From NCBI GenBank assembly GCA_042408445.1, contig JBHORC010000016.1, forward strand, positions 13,012 through 77,011: a stretch of 64,000 nt of DNA, given 5' to 3'. Shown here piece after piece: positions 9,700 through 20,968 of this stretch (position 1 is the stretch's first letter; each line of letters opens with the position of its first letter). The DNA is from Chloroflexota bacterium. Its GTDB lineage: Bacteria > Chloroflexota > Limnocylindria > Limnocylindrales > CSP1-4. Position numbers and translations under genes: made by a program. Below the pieces are notes generated by a model that did no database searches, had not been told where the DNA came from, and was given only the letters and a program-made list of their open reading frames with translations.

Positions 9700-9832
9700 C
9701 CGCGGCCGCCGGCGGTGGGGTGCGAGGGGCGGCCCGGCGAGCGGCCGGCGGGGCGGCCGATGGCGGGCCCGCGGCGGGCATCGCGGTACTCTTCCACGCA
9801 CCGAGTGTACCGATCGTCCAGCTGGAGAACGT

Positions 9833-12679
9833 GTGGTCCGAACCGATCCCCTTGGTGCCCGAGCAAGCCTCGGGCCAGGCCTGCCGGACGTCTGGCGACT
9901 CGCCGCCCTCGATGATCGGATCGATCTCGGCCGCGCGCCCGTCACGCTGAAGATCCTGCTCGAGAACGTCCTGCGCCACGCGGGCGGCGGGATCGTCGAG
10001 GAGCGCGACGTCGAGACGCTCGCGTCGTGGCGGCCCGGTGCCGCCGCCGAGGCGGAAGTTCCCTTCATGCCGGCACGGGTGATCCTCCAGGACTTCACGG
10101 GCGTCCCGGCGATCGTGGATCTCGCGGTGATGCGCGACGCGATGGCGGAGCTCGGCGGCGATCCGGCGAAGGTGAACCCGCTCGTTCCCGCGGACCTCGT
10201 CATCGACCACTCCGTCCAGGTCGACATGTTCGGCTCCGCGGGCGCGTTCGCGTTCAACGTGGAGCGCGAGTACGAGCGGAACGGGGAGCGGTATCAGCTC
10301 CTTCGCTGGGCCCAGACGGCGTTCCGCGACCTCCGCGTCGTGCCGCCCGGGACCGGCATCGTCCACCAGGTGAACCTCGAGTACCTCGCGACGGTGGTGA
10401 CGGATGCCCCGGACGGAGCGGGCGGCCGGATCGCCTACCCGGACACGCTCGTCGGCACCGACTCCCACACGACGATGGTCAACGCGCTCGGGGTGCTCGG
10501 CTACGGCGTCGGCGGGATCGAGGCCGAGGCCGTCCTCCTCGGCCAGCCGCTGTACCAGCCGATGCCGCACGTCGTCGGCGTCCGGCTCCATGGTGAGCTG
10601 CCACAGGGCTCGACCGCGACGGATCTCGTCCTCGTCGTCACCCAGATGCTCCGGTCGCACGGCGTCGTCGGCGCGTTCGTCGAGTTCGCGGGTGACGGGC
10701 TGGCCGGTCTCGCGCTCGCCGATCGGGCCACGATCAGCAACATGAGCCCGGAGTTCGGGGCGACATGCACGCTCTTCCCGATCGACGACGAGACGCTCGC
10801 GTACCTCCGGTTGACGGGCCGGCCGCAGGAGCGGATCGAGCTGGTCGAGCGCTACGCGAAGGAGCAGGGTCTGTGGCGGGAGCCCGGCCGCAGCCCGGAC
10901 TTCGACGAGGTGCTCGAGCTGGACCTCGCGACCGTCGACCCATCCGTCGCCGGCCCGCGTCGACCGCAGGATCGCGTGCCGCTGACGGCGCTGCGGGGCA
11001 ACTTCCGGACGAACTTCCCGGACGGCCTGCAGGCGCTGGACGAAGGCGAGGTCGAAGCGCAGCTGCCCGTGGCCGGCGAGGTCGAGGCAGCGTCCGCCGA
11101 GTCGTTCCCGGCCAGTGATCCCCCGTCGTTCGCGAGCAGTCCGGCCGGCGACGAGGTCTCGCCGCCACCGCCGGGACCAAGCGCATCCGGCGATGGCAAG
11201 CACTACCGCGAGGTCGAGGTCGTCGTCGACGACGAGCGCGTCAGGATCGCGAGCGGATCGGTCGCGATCGCGGCGATCACCTCGTGCACGAACACCTCGA
11301 ACCCGACCGTCATGATCGGCGCGGGCTTGCTCGCGCGGAATGCGGTCGCGCGCGGCCTGACCGTCGCGCCGACCGTCAAGACCTCGCTCGCGCCGGGCTC
11401 GAAGGCCGTCACCGCCTATCTCGCGGCCGCCGGCCTGATGGCGCCCCTCGAGCAGCTCGGGTTCGCGCTGGCCGGCTACGGCTGCACGACGTGCATCGGC
11501 AACTCGGGACCGCTCCAGGAGACGGTCGCCGCCGCCGTCGAGGAGAACGACCTCGTCGTCGCGGCGGTCCTCTCCGGCAATCGCAACTTCGAGGGCCGCA
11601 TCCATCCCCTCGCGCGGGCGAGCTATCTCGCGTCGCCGCCCCTTGTCGTCGCGTTCGCGCTTGCCGGTCGCGTCGACATCGACCTGACGACCGAGCCGCT
11701 CGGTGTCGGCTCCGACGGCCGGGGGGTGATGCTCAGCGACGTCTGGCCGTCGGCAGACGAGATCCGGTCCGTTATCGGCACCGCGATCGACCCGGACCTC
11801 TTCCGGCGGACGTACGCCGTGGTCTTCGACGGCGACGAGCGCTGGCGGGCGCTGCCCATCCCGGCCGGCGACCGCTACGACTGGAATCCCCGCTCCACCT
11901 ACATCGCCCGGCCACCGTTCTTCGAGGGCCTGACCGCGGAGCCCGCGGCGGTCACCGAGATCGAGGGCGCACGCGTCCTCGCCCTGCTCGGCGACTCCGT
12001 CACGACGGACCATATCAGCCCGGCCGGCTCGATCCCCGCCTGGTCACCGGCCGGCGACTGGCTCCAGGAGCGGAATGTCCCGCCGGTCGAGTTCAACTCG
12101 TACGGGGCCCGCCGCGGTCATCACGAGGTGATGATGCGGGGCACGTTCGGGAACATCCGGCTGCGGAACCAGCTCGTGCCCGGCAAGGAAGGGCCGTACA
12201 CGCTGCACCTGCCGGACGGCGAGGAGCAGTTCATCTACGACGCGGCGATGCGCTACCGCAAGGAGCAGACGCCGCTCGTCGTGATCGCCGGCCGCGAGTA
12301 CGGCTCGGGATCCTCTCGCGACTGGGCGGCCAAGGGAACGATGCTCCTCGGCGTCCGGGCGGTCATCGCCGAGAGCTACGAGCGCATTCACCGCTCGAAC
12401 CTCGTCGGGATGGGCGTGTTGCCCCTCCAGTTCGCGCCAGGCGAGAGCGCCTCGTCGCTCGCCCTGACCGGCCGGGAGACCTACACGATCCACGGCCTGA
12501 CCGGCGATCTCGTCCCGAAGCAACGGCTGACAGTCGTCGCGCGGGCCGACGCTGCCGACGGCGGCGTGGAGCGCCGGTTCGACGTCGTCGCCCGCCTCGA
12601 CGGCCCGATCGACGTGGGCTACTACCGGCAGGGCGGGATCCTCCCCGCAGTCCTGCGGAGGCTCGCGGCCGAGGCCTGA
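9833..12679 (+). CDS. acnA: Aconitate hydratase A (aconitase)
   Basis: Near full-length colinearity with actinobacterial AcnA (LKILLENVLR, ARVILQDFTGVPAIVDLAVMRDA, DSHTTMVNALGVLGYGVGGIEAEA, SGNRNFEGRIHP, end GGILPAVLRRLA). The start was chosen at the GTG at 9833, about 35 aa before LKILLEN; the track ORF start at 9116 is an upstream stop-free extension. Confidence 0.9.
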   Translation: MVRTDPLGARASLGPGLPDVWRLAALDDRIDLGRAPVTLKILLENVLRHAGGGIVEERDVETLASWRPGAAAEAEVPFMPARVILQDFTGVPAIVDLAVMRDAMAELGGDPAKVNPLVPADLVIDHSVQVDMFGSAGAFAFNVEREYERNGERYQLLRWAQTAFRDLRVVPPGTGIVHQVNLEYLATVVTDAPDGAGGRIAYPDTLVGTDSHTTMVNALGVLGYGVGGIEAEAVLLGQPLYQPMPHVVGVRLHGELPQGSTATDLVLVVTQMLRSHGVVGAFVEFAGDGLAGLALADRATISNMSPEFGATCTLFPIDDETLAYLRLTGRPQERIELVERYAKEQGLWREPGRSPDFDEVLELDLATVDPSVAGPRRPQDRVPLTALRGNFRTNFPDGLQALDEGEVEAQLPVAGEVEAASAESFPASDPPSFASSPAGDEVSPPPPGPSASGDGKHYREVEVVVDDERVRIASGSVAIAAITSCTNTSNPTVMIGAGLLARNAVARGLTVAPTVKTSLAPGSKAVTAYLAAAGLMAPLEQLGFALAGYGCTTCIGNSGPLQETVAAAVEENDLVVAAVLSGNRNFEGRIHPLARASYLASPPLVVAFALAGRVDIDLTTEPLGVGSDGRGVMLSDVWPSADEIRSVIGTAIDPDLFRRTYAVVFDGDERWRALPIPAGDRYDWNPRSTYIARPPFFEGLTAEPAAVTEIEGARVLALLGDSVTTDHISPAGSIPAWSPAGDWLQERNVPPVEFNSYGARRGHHEVMMRGTFGNIRLRNQLVPGKEGPYTLHLPDGEEQFIYDAAMRYRKEQTPLVVIAGREYGSGSSRDWAAKGTMLLGVRAVIAESYERIHRSNLVGMGVLPLQFAPGESASSLALTGRETYTIHGLTGDLVPKQRLTVVARADAADGGVERRFDVVARLDGPIDVGYYRQGGILPAVLRRLAAEA

Positions 12680-12707
12680 TCGGGGCTCCGCCGCACGGTT
12701 CTTCGCC

Positions 12708-12734
12708 CGCGCGCACGCGTTCGTTATGCGCGCG
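12708..12734 (+). terminator. GC-rich hairpin downstream of acnA (possible terminator, no U-tract)
   Basis: CGCGCGCA-11 nt loop-TGCGCGCG begins 29 nt after the acnA stop. Confidence 0.3.
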
Positions 12735-12774
12735 TCCCGCCGCCTCGCGCCGGTGCCACCCCGGATCGGCGATC

Positions 12775-13680
12775 GTGGGCGGCGTGAATCTCGTCGACCG
12801 GTTCCGCACGCTCGGCGGCGGGCTGGATCACCCGGAAGGGGTGGCGTGGGATCCCGTCGCGGGCGCGCTGTACGCGGGCGGCGAGGCCGGCCAGCTCTAC
12901 TGCGTCACGCTCGACGGGTCGGTCGAGCAGGTCGCGACGACCGGTGGGTTCCTCCTCGGGATCGCCGTCTCGGACGGGACCGTCTTCGCGTGCGACGTCG
13001 CGAAGGGGGCAGTGGTGGCGATCGAACCCGAGACGGCGTCGTGGAAGGTGGTCGCCGACGGTGACGGTGCGGGCGATCGCATGCGGGCTCCGAACTGGCT
13101 CGCCTTCGACGAGGGCGGCCGGCTCTACGTCACGGACTCCGGCGACTGGGGCCGGGGCGACGGTCGGATCTGGGCCGTCGAGGCCGACGGGCGTGCGCGC
13201 GTCTGGACGGAGGCGACGAACCGGCTCCCGAACGGCTGCTGCCTGAGCGGCGACGGAACCGCGTTGTTCGTCATCGAGACGAACGGCCCGTCGGTGTCGC
13301 GCGTGCCGATCCTCGCCGATGGGACGGCCGGTCCACCGGAGCTCGTCGCGGAGCTGCCCGGGACCGTACCCGATGGCATCGCCCTCTGTGCCGACGGATC
13401 GCTGCTCGTGTCCTGTCAGCGCCCCGACGCCGTCTACCGGATCGCGCCGGACGGCGGCGTGGAGCTCCTTGCGGTCGACCCGACCGGCCAGATGCTGGGC
13501 GCGCCGTCGAACGTCGCCTGGGCGGGTCCGGACCTCGACCGCCTGGTCACGTCAAACCTCGGCCGATGGCACCTGACGATCGCCGACCTGTCGGACACGG
13601 GTCTGCGCGGCGTGGGGCTGCCGCGGGCCGATGCCGGGGCGAGTGGCCGAGGCAGGGTGCTGGTCGGCGATACTGGATAG
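12775..13680 (+). CDS. SMP-30/gluconolactonase/LRE-like (SGL) beta-propeller protein
   Basis: SGL-family repeats (DHPEGVAWDP, RLYVTDSGDWGRGDGRIWAVEADG, PNGCCLSGDG, VPDGIALCADGSLLVS). The start is GTG 12775 (the second GTG at 12784 is also possible). The last codons (GDTG*) are formed by the 13-bp direct repeat shared with tRNA-Val. Confidence 0.7.
   Translation: MGGVNLVDRFRTLGGGLDHPEGVAWDPVAGALYAGGEAGQLYCVTLDGSVEQVATTGGFLLGIAVSDGTVFACDVAKGAVVAIEPETASWKVVADGDGAGDRMRAPNWLAFDEGGRLYVTDSGDWGRGDGRIWAVEADGRARVWTEATNRLPNGCCLSGDGTALFVIETNGPSVSRVPILADGTAGPPELVAELPGTVPDGIALCADGSLLVSCQRPDAVYRIAPDGGVELLAVDPTGQMLGAPSNVAWAGPDLDRLVTSNLGRWHLTIADLSDTGLRGVGLPRADAGASGRGRVLVGDTG
13666..13678. repeat. Direct repeat copy 1 (GGCGATACTGGAT), identical to the 3' part of tRNA-Val at 15610-15622
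   Basis: Exact 13-bp match (15/16 with flanks) to tRNA-Val positions 59-71; the two copies bracket a ~1.93 kb segment. Confidence 0.6.
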
Positions 13681-13764
13681 ACGCCTGCCGCAGTCGTCGC
13701 GGTAATCTCCGGGCGCCAGCCACGGGCGAGCCTGATCTCGCTCGCATCGGACCAGCGAGGAACC

Positions 13765-15333
<1,569 letters not shown>

Positions 15334-15351
15334 CGCCCGCGCTGTGGGCCG

Positions 15352-15576
15352 TTACCCGGTGCCGGCGCTGGTGCGGTCGCCCGCGTCACGGGGTGCGATC
15401 GGCAGGCGGGCCTCGTCGCCCGTCCACGGCCGTGCCCGGCGCCACAAGCCCCTGACCGCGCGTCGGTGGGCGGTGTACGCCTCGCCGTCCCTGGTGGCCA
15501 GCGTCGGCTCCTCGTAGAGGCGGACGAAGCTCGCGACGCCGACCCAGACCACGATGGCGTCGACCAGCAGGGTGTG
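15352..15576 (-). pseudogene. C-terminal remnant of an isoprenylcysteine carboxyl methyltransferase (ICMT/PEMT)-family membrane methyltransferase
   Basis: The fragment VVWVGVASFVRLYEEPTLATRDGEAYTAHRRAVRGLW matches the conserved ICMT C-terminus (RIRYEEetL...GeeYreY..rV). Only ~50 aa remain, and the upstream part of the track ORF overlaps tRNA-Val, so it is a truncated gene. Confidence 0.35.
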
Positions 15577-15604
15577 GCGAACGTCTGCGCCTGTCGAGTG
15601 AGGG

Positions 15605-15680
15605 TGGTGGGCGATACTGGATTCGAACCAGTGACCCCGCGGATGTGAACCGCGTGCTCTAACCACTGAGCCAATCGCCC
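15605..15680 (-). tRNA. tRNA-Val (anticodon CAC), 76 nt with encoded CCA
   Basis: Manual cloverleaf of GGGCGATTGGCTCAGTGGTTAGAGCACGCGGTTCACATCCGCGGGGTCACTGGTTCGAATCCAGTATCGCCCACCA: 7-bp acceptor stem, D-stem GCTC/GAGC, anticodon stem CGCGG/CCGCG with loop TTCACAT, T-loop TTCGAAT. Confidence 0.85.
15610..15622. repeat. Direct repeat copy 2 (GGCGATACTGGAT) within the T-arm/acceptor 3' half of tRNA-Val
   Basis: See copy 1 at 13666-13678. Confidence 0.6.
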
Positions 15681-15716
15681 GAATCGCGCGGCACGTGCGC
15701 CGGCGAGGTCAGCCGA

Positions 15717-16004
15717 TCATACGCGGAGGCCCGGCCACCGGGCAACGACGACGTCCGCGTCCACGCCCTCGACGGCAACCAGCTTCTGCCGTCCTGTCGC
15801 GCCCGCGATCAGGCGGACGGCACTTCTCGGAAGCTCCAGCTCGTCGGCGAGCAGGCGGAGGAGCGACTGGTTCGCGGCGCCGGCAACCGCGGGCGCGGCA
15901 ACCCGGGCTCGAAGCGTTCCCTCGACCACGCCGTCCACGCGGTCGGACCCGGAACGCGGGGTGAGGCGGACGGCGAACCGGACGTCGGGCCCAGCCAGGC
16001 TCAG
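15717..16004 (-). CDS. DUF167 (YggU family) protein
   Basis: C-terminal ~88 aa (VRFAVRLTPRSGSDRVDGVVEGTLRARVAAPAVAGAANQSLLRLLADELELPRSAVRLIAGATGRQKLVAV) match DUF167. No canonical start codon lies near the domain start, so the start may be a CTG or may overlap the yggT end. The N-terminal part of track ORF 15717..16259 is out-of-frame overlap with yggT. Confidence 0.5.
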   Translation of the reverse strand: MSLAGPDVRFAVRLTPRSGSDRVDGVVEGTLRARVAAPAVAGAANQSLLRLLADELELPRSAVRLIAGATGRQKLVAVEGVDADVVVARWPGLRV

Positions 16005-16246
16005 AACAACCGCAGCAGGATCGTCAGCACGATGAGGACGATCATCGGTGAGAAATCGAGGGCGCCGGTCTGCGGAAGCGCGCGACGGACGGGGCCGAGG
16101 ATCGGCTCCGTGGTCGAGATCACGAACGAGCCGAGCTGGGAACGACCGCCGGGATCGATCCACGACAGCAGGACGCGCCCCAGGATGAGCACCGTGGCCG
16201 CGAGCAGCGCGAACTCGATCAGGTTCCGGCCGAAGAGCCCCACCAC
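16001..16246 (-). CDS. yggT: YggT family membrane protein (cell-division associated)
   Basis: 81 aa with two TM segments and the typical YggT sequence (LIEFALLAATVLILGRVLLSWI...MIVLIVLTILLRLF). Confidence 0.75.
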   Translation of the reverse strand: MVGLFGRNLIEFALLAATVLILGRVLLSWIDPGGRSQLGSFVISTTEPILGPVRRALPQTGALDFSPMIVLIVLTILLRLF

Positions 16247-16295
16247 AGGATTCTAGCAAGAGCCCCCCGTTGGACGCGACACGGTGCCGGCTGGA

Positions 16296-17627
16296 TCAAG
16301 GACCGATGGGTCGGATGCGATCGATCTGGCGGGAATGGGTCCGAAGCCAGACGTCTCCGTCGACGACGGCAAGCGCCGTCTCGTACGAGCCGTTCCCGGT
16401 TCCAACGGCGAACACGCCGTCGATCTGGTCGGTGTCGACATTCCAGCGCCGGACGTCGCCGTTGATCGCGCTCGCGATCCAGATGGAGCCACCGACGGCG
16501 GCCAGGTTCGGCCAGGCGCCGACGAACTGCGAGGAAACGACCTTGCCGGTCGCCGCGTCGAGCCGGGTCACCTGGTCGTGACCGGCAACCCAGACCGAAC
16601 CGGACGCGACGACAACCTCCCGTGCGTCGGCGACCGGCGTCGTTCCGACGATCCGGTTCGTCCCGGTGTCGATCCTGGCCACGCCGCCGGCGCCCGTCGA
16701 ACTGCTGCCTCCGCCGCCGAACGCAAGCCATGCCGACGTTGCGTCGAGCGCGATCCCCCACGGTTGTCCCGGCAGGTCGATCGACGCGACGATCCTCGCG
16801 TCGGCAGGATTCACCCGGACGACCCGGTTCGAGGCGGGCAGCACCACCCAGAGATCGTGTCCGTCCGTCGCGAGCCCTGCAGGCTCTGCGCCGACGGGGA
16901 TCCGCCGTCTGACCGTGTTCGTCGCCGGGTCGATCTGGACGAGATCTCCGGCAGCGACCGTCACCCAGACGAAGCCGCCATCGAACACGATCCGCCGCGG
17001 GTCGGAGCCCACGTCGATCACCGCGGAGATCGCGTTCGTCGCGGGATCGATGCGGGCGACCGACGGCCCGTACGTCGTCCAGACCGCACCCGCTCCCCCG
17101 ACGATGCTCACCACGCAGTCCCACGACCCGGTGTACGGGCAGAACTGCGGCTCGGCGACGGGCTGGACCCCGGCGTCGACGATCGCGACGGTCGTCCCGA
17201 TCCGGGTCACCGTCGTCTCGCTGGCCACCGCCGTCGGGGTGACCGACGGCGACGGCACGGGGGACGGTGCGGTGGACGGCGGGCTCGCGACGGTCCGGAA
17301 GCGGGTTCCGATCACGGAGGCGCCGAAGGCGATCGCGAGCACGACCGCGGCCGCGGCGAGAAGCGACGACAGGCGCGGCACGTTTGTCGCCCGCACGCGA
17401 ACGGGCCTCGGCGCCATCGCCCCGGCCGCAAACGCCGGCGATGGTGCCGCGAGGATCGGCGAGGCGAGGCCGACGAGAGCGGCGTGGTCCTTGCCAAGCT
17501 CATCGGCGACCATCCGGCAGGGGCAGCACGTCGCCAGGTGCCGCTCGAGCTCGGCTGCCTCGGCCTCCACCAGCGGGAAGTCGATCCGTGTCGCCGCGAG
17601 CATCCGGAACCGGCGGTGGTCCTTCAT
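16296..17627 (-). CDS. Anti-sigma factor (zf-HC2) with a single TM segment and a C-terminal extracytoplasmic beta-propeller domain
   Basis: N-terminal HLATCCPCR zinc-finger motif, TM segment LLAAAAVVLAIAFGASVIG, a Pro/Ser/Thr linker, then repeated ~40-aa units (IDPATN..., VNPADARIVASIDLPGQPWGIALD) typical of YVTN/NHL-like propellers. An ATGA overlap links it to the upstream ECF sigma gene. Confidence 0.7.
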   Translation of the reverse strand: MKDHRRFRMLAATRIDFPLVEAEAAELERHLATCCPCRMVADELGKDHAALVGLASPILAAPSPAFAAGAMAPRPVRVRATNVPRLSSLLAAAAVVLAIAFGASVIGTRFRTVASPPSTAPSPVPSPSVTPTAVASETTVTRIGTTVAIVDAGVQPVAEPQFCPYTGSWDCVVSIVGGAGAVWTTYGPSVARIDPATNAISAVIDVGSDPRRIVFDGGFVWVTVAAGDLVQIDPATNTVRRRIPVGAEPAGLATDGHDLWVVLPASNRVVRVNPADARIVASIDLPGQPWGIALDATSAWLAFGGGGSSSTGAGGVARIDTGTNRIVGTTPVADAREVVVASGSVWVAGHDQVTRLDAATGKVVSSQFVGAWPNLAAVGGSIWIASAINGDVRRWNVDTDQIDGVFAVGTGNGSYETALAVVDGDVWLRTHSRQIDRIRPIGP

Positions 17628-18217
17628 TCGGACGCTCCCTTCGTCAGCTGATCCCGGAGGGCGAGGCGGGAGCGCCAGAGGATGTTCCGGGTCGCGCCCT
17701 CGCTGCGGCCGAGGATCCTCGCGACTTCCGGGCCCGTGAAGCTGTGGGCGGTCAGGAGCAGCGCCATCCGGTGCTCCGTCGGCAGCGTGGCGAGCGCCGC
17801 GAGCAGCTCGGCCTCCCGCTCATGGCGGAGGACGGTCTGCTCGGCCGCCTCGTCGACCTCCTCACGAGCGTGGCCGGCGAGCAGCCGGCCGAAGCGATCC
17901 GCGACGGACCGACGTCGCGCGCGGCTCTTGACGAGGTTCGTACAGACCGTGAACAGCCACGCCCGGACGTTCGCCGGTGGACGTCCCTCCTCGCGCTCGC
18001 GGAGGAGTCGGAGGAACGCCTCCTGGACGAGATCGTCGGCGGCAACCGGGTCCCGGGTGATCGACGCGGCGTAGCCGTGAAGGTCGCGCCGGTACGCGTC
18101 GTACGCGGTCCCGACATCGAGATCCACGTCGTCATCCCTCGCGGGAGCGACAGCCTCTGACACGACCTTCCCTTCGAATGCGTCGACCGACCATGGCCGC
18201 GCGACGGCAGACCTCAT
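17624..18217 (-). CDS. ECF sigma factor
   Basis: Region 2 (AYDAYRRDLHGYAASITRDPVAADDLVQEAFLRLL) and region 4 (LPTEHRMALLLTAHSFTGPEVARILGRSEGATRNILWRSR). The start was chosen at ATG 18217 (MRSAVARPW). Confidence 0.75.
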   Translation of the reverse strand: MRSAVARPWSVDAFEGKVVSEAVAPARDDDVDLDVGTAYDAYRRDLHGYAASITRDPVAADDLVQEAFLRLLREREEGRPPANVRAWLFTVCTNLVKSRARRRSVADRFGRLLAGHAREEVDEAAEQTVLRHEREAELLAALATLPTEHRMALLLTAHSFTGPEVARILGRSEGATRNILWRSRLALRDQLTKGASE

Positions 18218-18375
18218 CACCGCAACGACGCCTGACGCCGGGACACTGTCACAACGCCATCGGCCGCCCGTTGGGCTGTGACGGAACCGATGGCTGCGGC
18301 GTCGTGAGGGCATCAACGGGCTTCGAGCCGGCCGGCGAGCCCACCACTGCCCGAATCGCCCAAGGAGCACCCGTC

Positions 18376-18621
18376 ATGACCACCGCGACAACCACCCGCT
18401 CGGCCGCCCGCCTGAACCCGCTGACCCTCCTCGTGCTGGCCATCGCCCTCGCGGCGAGCTTCACGGCCGGCGCCTGGACGAGCAGCCTCGGTCGAACCGT
18501 CCAGCCGGACGTGGCCTCCGCGCCAGCGCCGACGCCCACCTTCGACGCGGTCCAGTTCCGGGCGGAGGAGCGCGCTCCCCTGTTCGCCCCGATTCAGTGG
18601 AGCCGACGCACCCCCTACTGA
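18376..18621 (+). CDS. Small (81 aa) membrane-anchored hypothetical protein, divergent from the ECF sigma operon
   Basis: A perfect SD AAGGAG lies 8 nt before ATG 18376. The N-terminal TM segment is LNPLTLLVLAIALAASFTAGAW, and GC3 is high. A GGAAC motif ~90 nt upstream could be an ECF-type -35. Confidence 0.45.
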   Translation: MTTATTTRSAARLNPLTLLVLAIALAASFTAGAWTSSLGRTVQPDVASAPAPTPTFDAVQFRAEERAPLFAPIQWSRRTPY

Positions 18622-18715
18622 ACGCATCGACGGTCGAGCCGCCGCGCGCAGGTGGCGGCTCGACCGCTTTCACTGGGTCCGGAAGCCACCGCCGTGGCTT
18701 CCGGCCAGCCGGTGC

Positions 18716-19465
18716 TTAGTGCGCGTGCAGCGCGGTTCCCGCCTCGTCGTGGCCGTCGTGGTGCGGACGGTCGCCGAAGATCGCGCGGCCCACCCGGACG
18801 ATCGTCGCGCCCTCCTCGACCGCGATCGGGAAGTCGTCGGTCATCCCCATCGAGAGCTCCGGCCCGAGCTCCGGCCACCCGCTGCGCAGCTGCTCCGACA
18901 GCCTCCGCAGGGCGACGAACGTGGGCCGGGCGTCCTCCGCGCGGGCGACCAGCCGGCCGACCGTCATCAGGCCGCGGATCTCCAGGTGGTCGAGCCTCCG
19001 GAGGGCGTCGACCGCCGCGCCAAGCGCATCCGGCGCAAACCCCGCCTTGGCCTCGTCGCGGTCGACGTTGACCTGGAGCAGCACCCGGTAGCGGGCGCCG
19101 GAACCCCCGTCGGCGACGAGCCGGTCCAGCCGTTCCGCCAGTGACACCGAGTCCACCGTCTGGATCGTGTCGAACGTCACGATGGCGCGCTTCGCCTTGT
19201 TCGACTGCAAGGGACCGATCAGGTCCCAGCGGGCGCCGGCGACGGCAGCCACCTTGCCTTCACCTTCCTGGACCCGGTTCTCGCCGAAGCGCTCGAAGCC
19301 CGCCTCCAGGGCCGTCCGGACCCGCTCGGCCGAGACGGTCTTGCTCACCGCGATGAGCGTGACGTCAGCGGGCGATCGACCCGAGTGCTCGCAGGCGTCG
19401 GCGATCTGCCCGAGCACACGGTCACGCGCCGCCCGGAGATCGGCCAGGTCCGTCGCCGCCGTCAT
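18716..19465 (-). CDS. yggS: YggS family pyridoxal-phosphate homeostasis protein (PLPBP)
   Basis: PLP-binding lysine context LIAVSKT, alanine-racemase-N-like fold motifs, and an unusual His-rich C-terminal tail RPHHDGHDEAGTALHAH. Confidence 0.85.
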   Translation of the reverse strand: MTAATDLADLRAARDRVLGQIADACEHSGRSPADVTLIAVSKTVSAERVRTALEAGFERFGENRVQEGEGKVAAVAGARWDLIGPLQSNKAKRAIVTFDTIQTVDSVSLAERLDRLVADGGSGARYRVLLQVNVDRDEAKAGFAPDALGAAVDALRRLDHLEIRGLMTVGRLVARAEDARPTFVALRRLSEQLRSGWPELGPELSMGMTDDFPIAVEEGATIVRVGRAIFGDRPHHDGHDEAGTALHAH

Positions 19466-19493
19466 CGAGTTCGACCGGTCGCCCGGCCCGTCG

Positions 19494-20723
19494 CTACTTG
19501 CGGCGGAGGAACGAAGGGATCTCGAGGTCGTCCGCGTCGTAGGTCGTGGGGCGACGTGCCGGCACGGCCTCCGCGACGCTCCGCTCGACGCGCGGCGCGG
19601 TGAGGACCGCGGCCGCGGCGTGGTCGTCGCGATCCATCGAGCCGCCGTCGGCGGTCTCCTGACGCTGTCGCTCGAGCTCCTCGAGGAAGTCGCGCTCGCG
19701 CGGTGCGCGGAGCGAGGACTGCTCGCCGGCCGGCTGCGCCGCCTGGGCGTGACGCGCCGACTCGCGCTTGCGCGATCCGTCGAAGCCGGTGGCGATGACC
19801 GTGATCATCACCTCTTCGCCGAGCCGGTCATTGAAGCTCGTCCCGAAGATGATGTTCGCCTCCGGATCCGCCGCGGCGGCGATCTCCTCGGCCGCTTCGG
19901 TCACCTCGTGGAGGCTCAGGTTCGAGGAGCCGCTGATGTTGAACAGGATCCCCTGCGCGCCCTGGATGTTGACCTCCAGGAGCGGGCTCGCGATCGCCTG
20001 ACGCGCCGCCTCGAGGGCGCGGTTCTCGCCCGTCGCCCGGCCGATCCCCATGAGCGCCGACCCGGCGTCGCGCATGATCGCGCGAACGTCCGCGAAGTCG
20101 AGGTTGATCAGCCCGGGCATCGTGATGATGTCGCTGATCCCCTGGACACCCTGGCGGAGCACGTCGTCCACGACGCGGAACGCGTCGATGATCGAGGTGT
20201 TCTTCTGGACGACGTCCTTCAGCCGGTCGTTCGGGATCGTGATCAGCGTGTCGACCTGGGCCTTGAGCTCCTCGGACGCCTTCTCCGCGACGAGCCGCCG
20301 CTTGGGGCCCTCGAAGCTGAACGGCTTCGTCACGACGCCGATCGTGAGCGCGCCGGCTTCCTTCGCGATCTGGGCGACGATCGGTGCCGCGCCGGAGCCG
20401 GTGCCGCCGCCGAGGCCCGCGGTGATGAACACCATGTCGGACTCTTCGAGCGCCTGGGCGATCTTCTCGGAATCCTCCTCGGCCGCCCGCGCGCCGATCG
20501 AGCTGTCGCCGCCCGCCCCAAGGCCCCGCGTGATCTTGTCGCCGATCCGGATCTTGTGCGGTGCGTCCGACTGGAGGAGCGCCTGCGCGTCCGTGTTGCA
20601 GGAGATGAACTCGACGCCCATCATCTCGGCCCGGATCATCCGGTTCACGGCGTTGCTTCCGCCGCCGCCGACGCCGATGACCCGGATGAGCGCAAAGTTC
20701 TCGGAATCGGACCGCAGCGGCAT
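19494..20723 (-). CDS. ftsZ: Cell division GTPase FtsZ
   Basis: Tubulin signature [24 protein letters not shown], and a C-terminal [11 protein letters not shown] peptide. The start is ATG 20723 ([11 protein letters not shown]) with an SD GGAGG 5 nt upstream; the track extension to 20864 is rejected. Confidence 0.95.
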   Translation of the reverse strand: MPLRSDSENFALIRVIGVGGGGSNAVNRMIRAEMMGVEFISCNTDAQALLQSDAPHKIRIGDKITRGLGAGGDSSIGARAAEEDSEKIAQALEESDMVFITAGLGGGTGSGAAPIVAQIAKEAGALTIGVVTKPFSFEGPKRRLVAEKASEELKAQVDTLITIPNDRLKDVVQKNTSIIDAFRVVDDVLRQGVQGISDIITMPGLINLDFADVRAIMRDAGSALMGIGRATGENRALEAARQAIASPLLEVNIQGAQGILFNISGSSNLSLHEVTEAAEEIAAAADPEANIIFGTSFNDRLGEEVMITVIATGFDGSRKRESARHAQAAQPAGEQSSLRAPRERDFLEELERQRQETADGGSMDRDDHAAAAVLTAPRVERSVAEAVPARRPTTYDADDLEIPSFLRRK

Positions 20724-20968
20724 CGCTTCCTCCGGGAGTCTGTCCTGGCTCGGTGGCGACGACCACATCCCTCTGGGCCGGCCGTCACGTGGTACTTCGC
20801 GGGTGTTCGGGACCCCTCCCCCGCGGGCGCTCCTCGGGTCCGTGACTGGCGGCGAGTCTACCACCGGGTCCCACCCGTTCGAGCGTCATCTTGGACACGA
20901 ATCGCTGGAATTCTGCCCGTCCGCCGGCCGGGATCGGTGGCGCCGCGGCCTCCGGACGACCGCCGCGG

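Noticed and set aside
9593-12013. 806-aa minus-strand ORF, plus the first ~560 nt of 8563..10257 and the first 717 nt of 9116..12679
   Set aside because: They are antisense or an upstream extension of aconitase. Aconitase homology begins at 9833, and the DUF2520 homology on the minus strand ends by ~9700.
15577-15666. N-terminal part of minus ORF 15352..15666
   Set aside because: It overlaps tRNA-Val; the encoded peptide GSHPRGHWFESSIAHH is a translation of the tRNA itself.
16284-17739. Overlapping + strand ORFs of 455 and 357 aa
   Set aside because: Antisense to the propeller anti-sigma gene; Arg/Asp/Pro-rich with no motifs.
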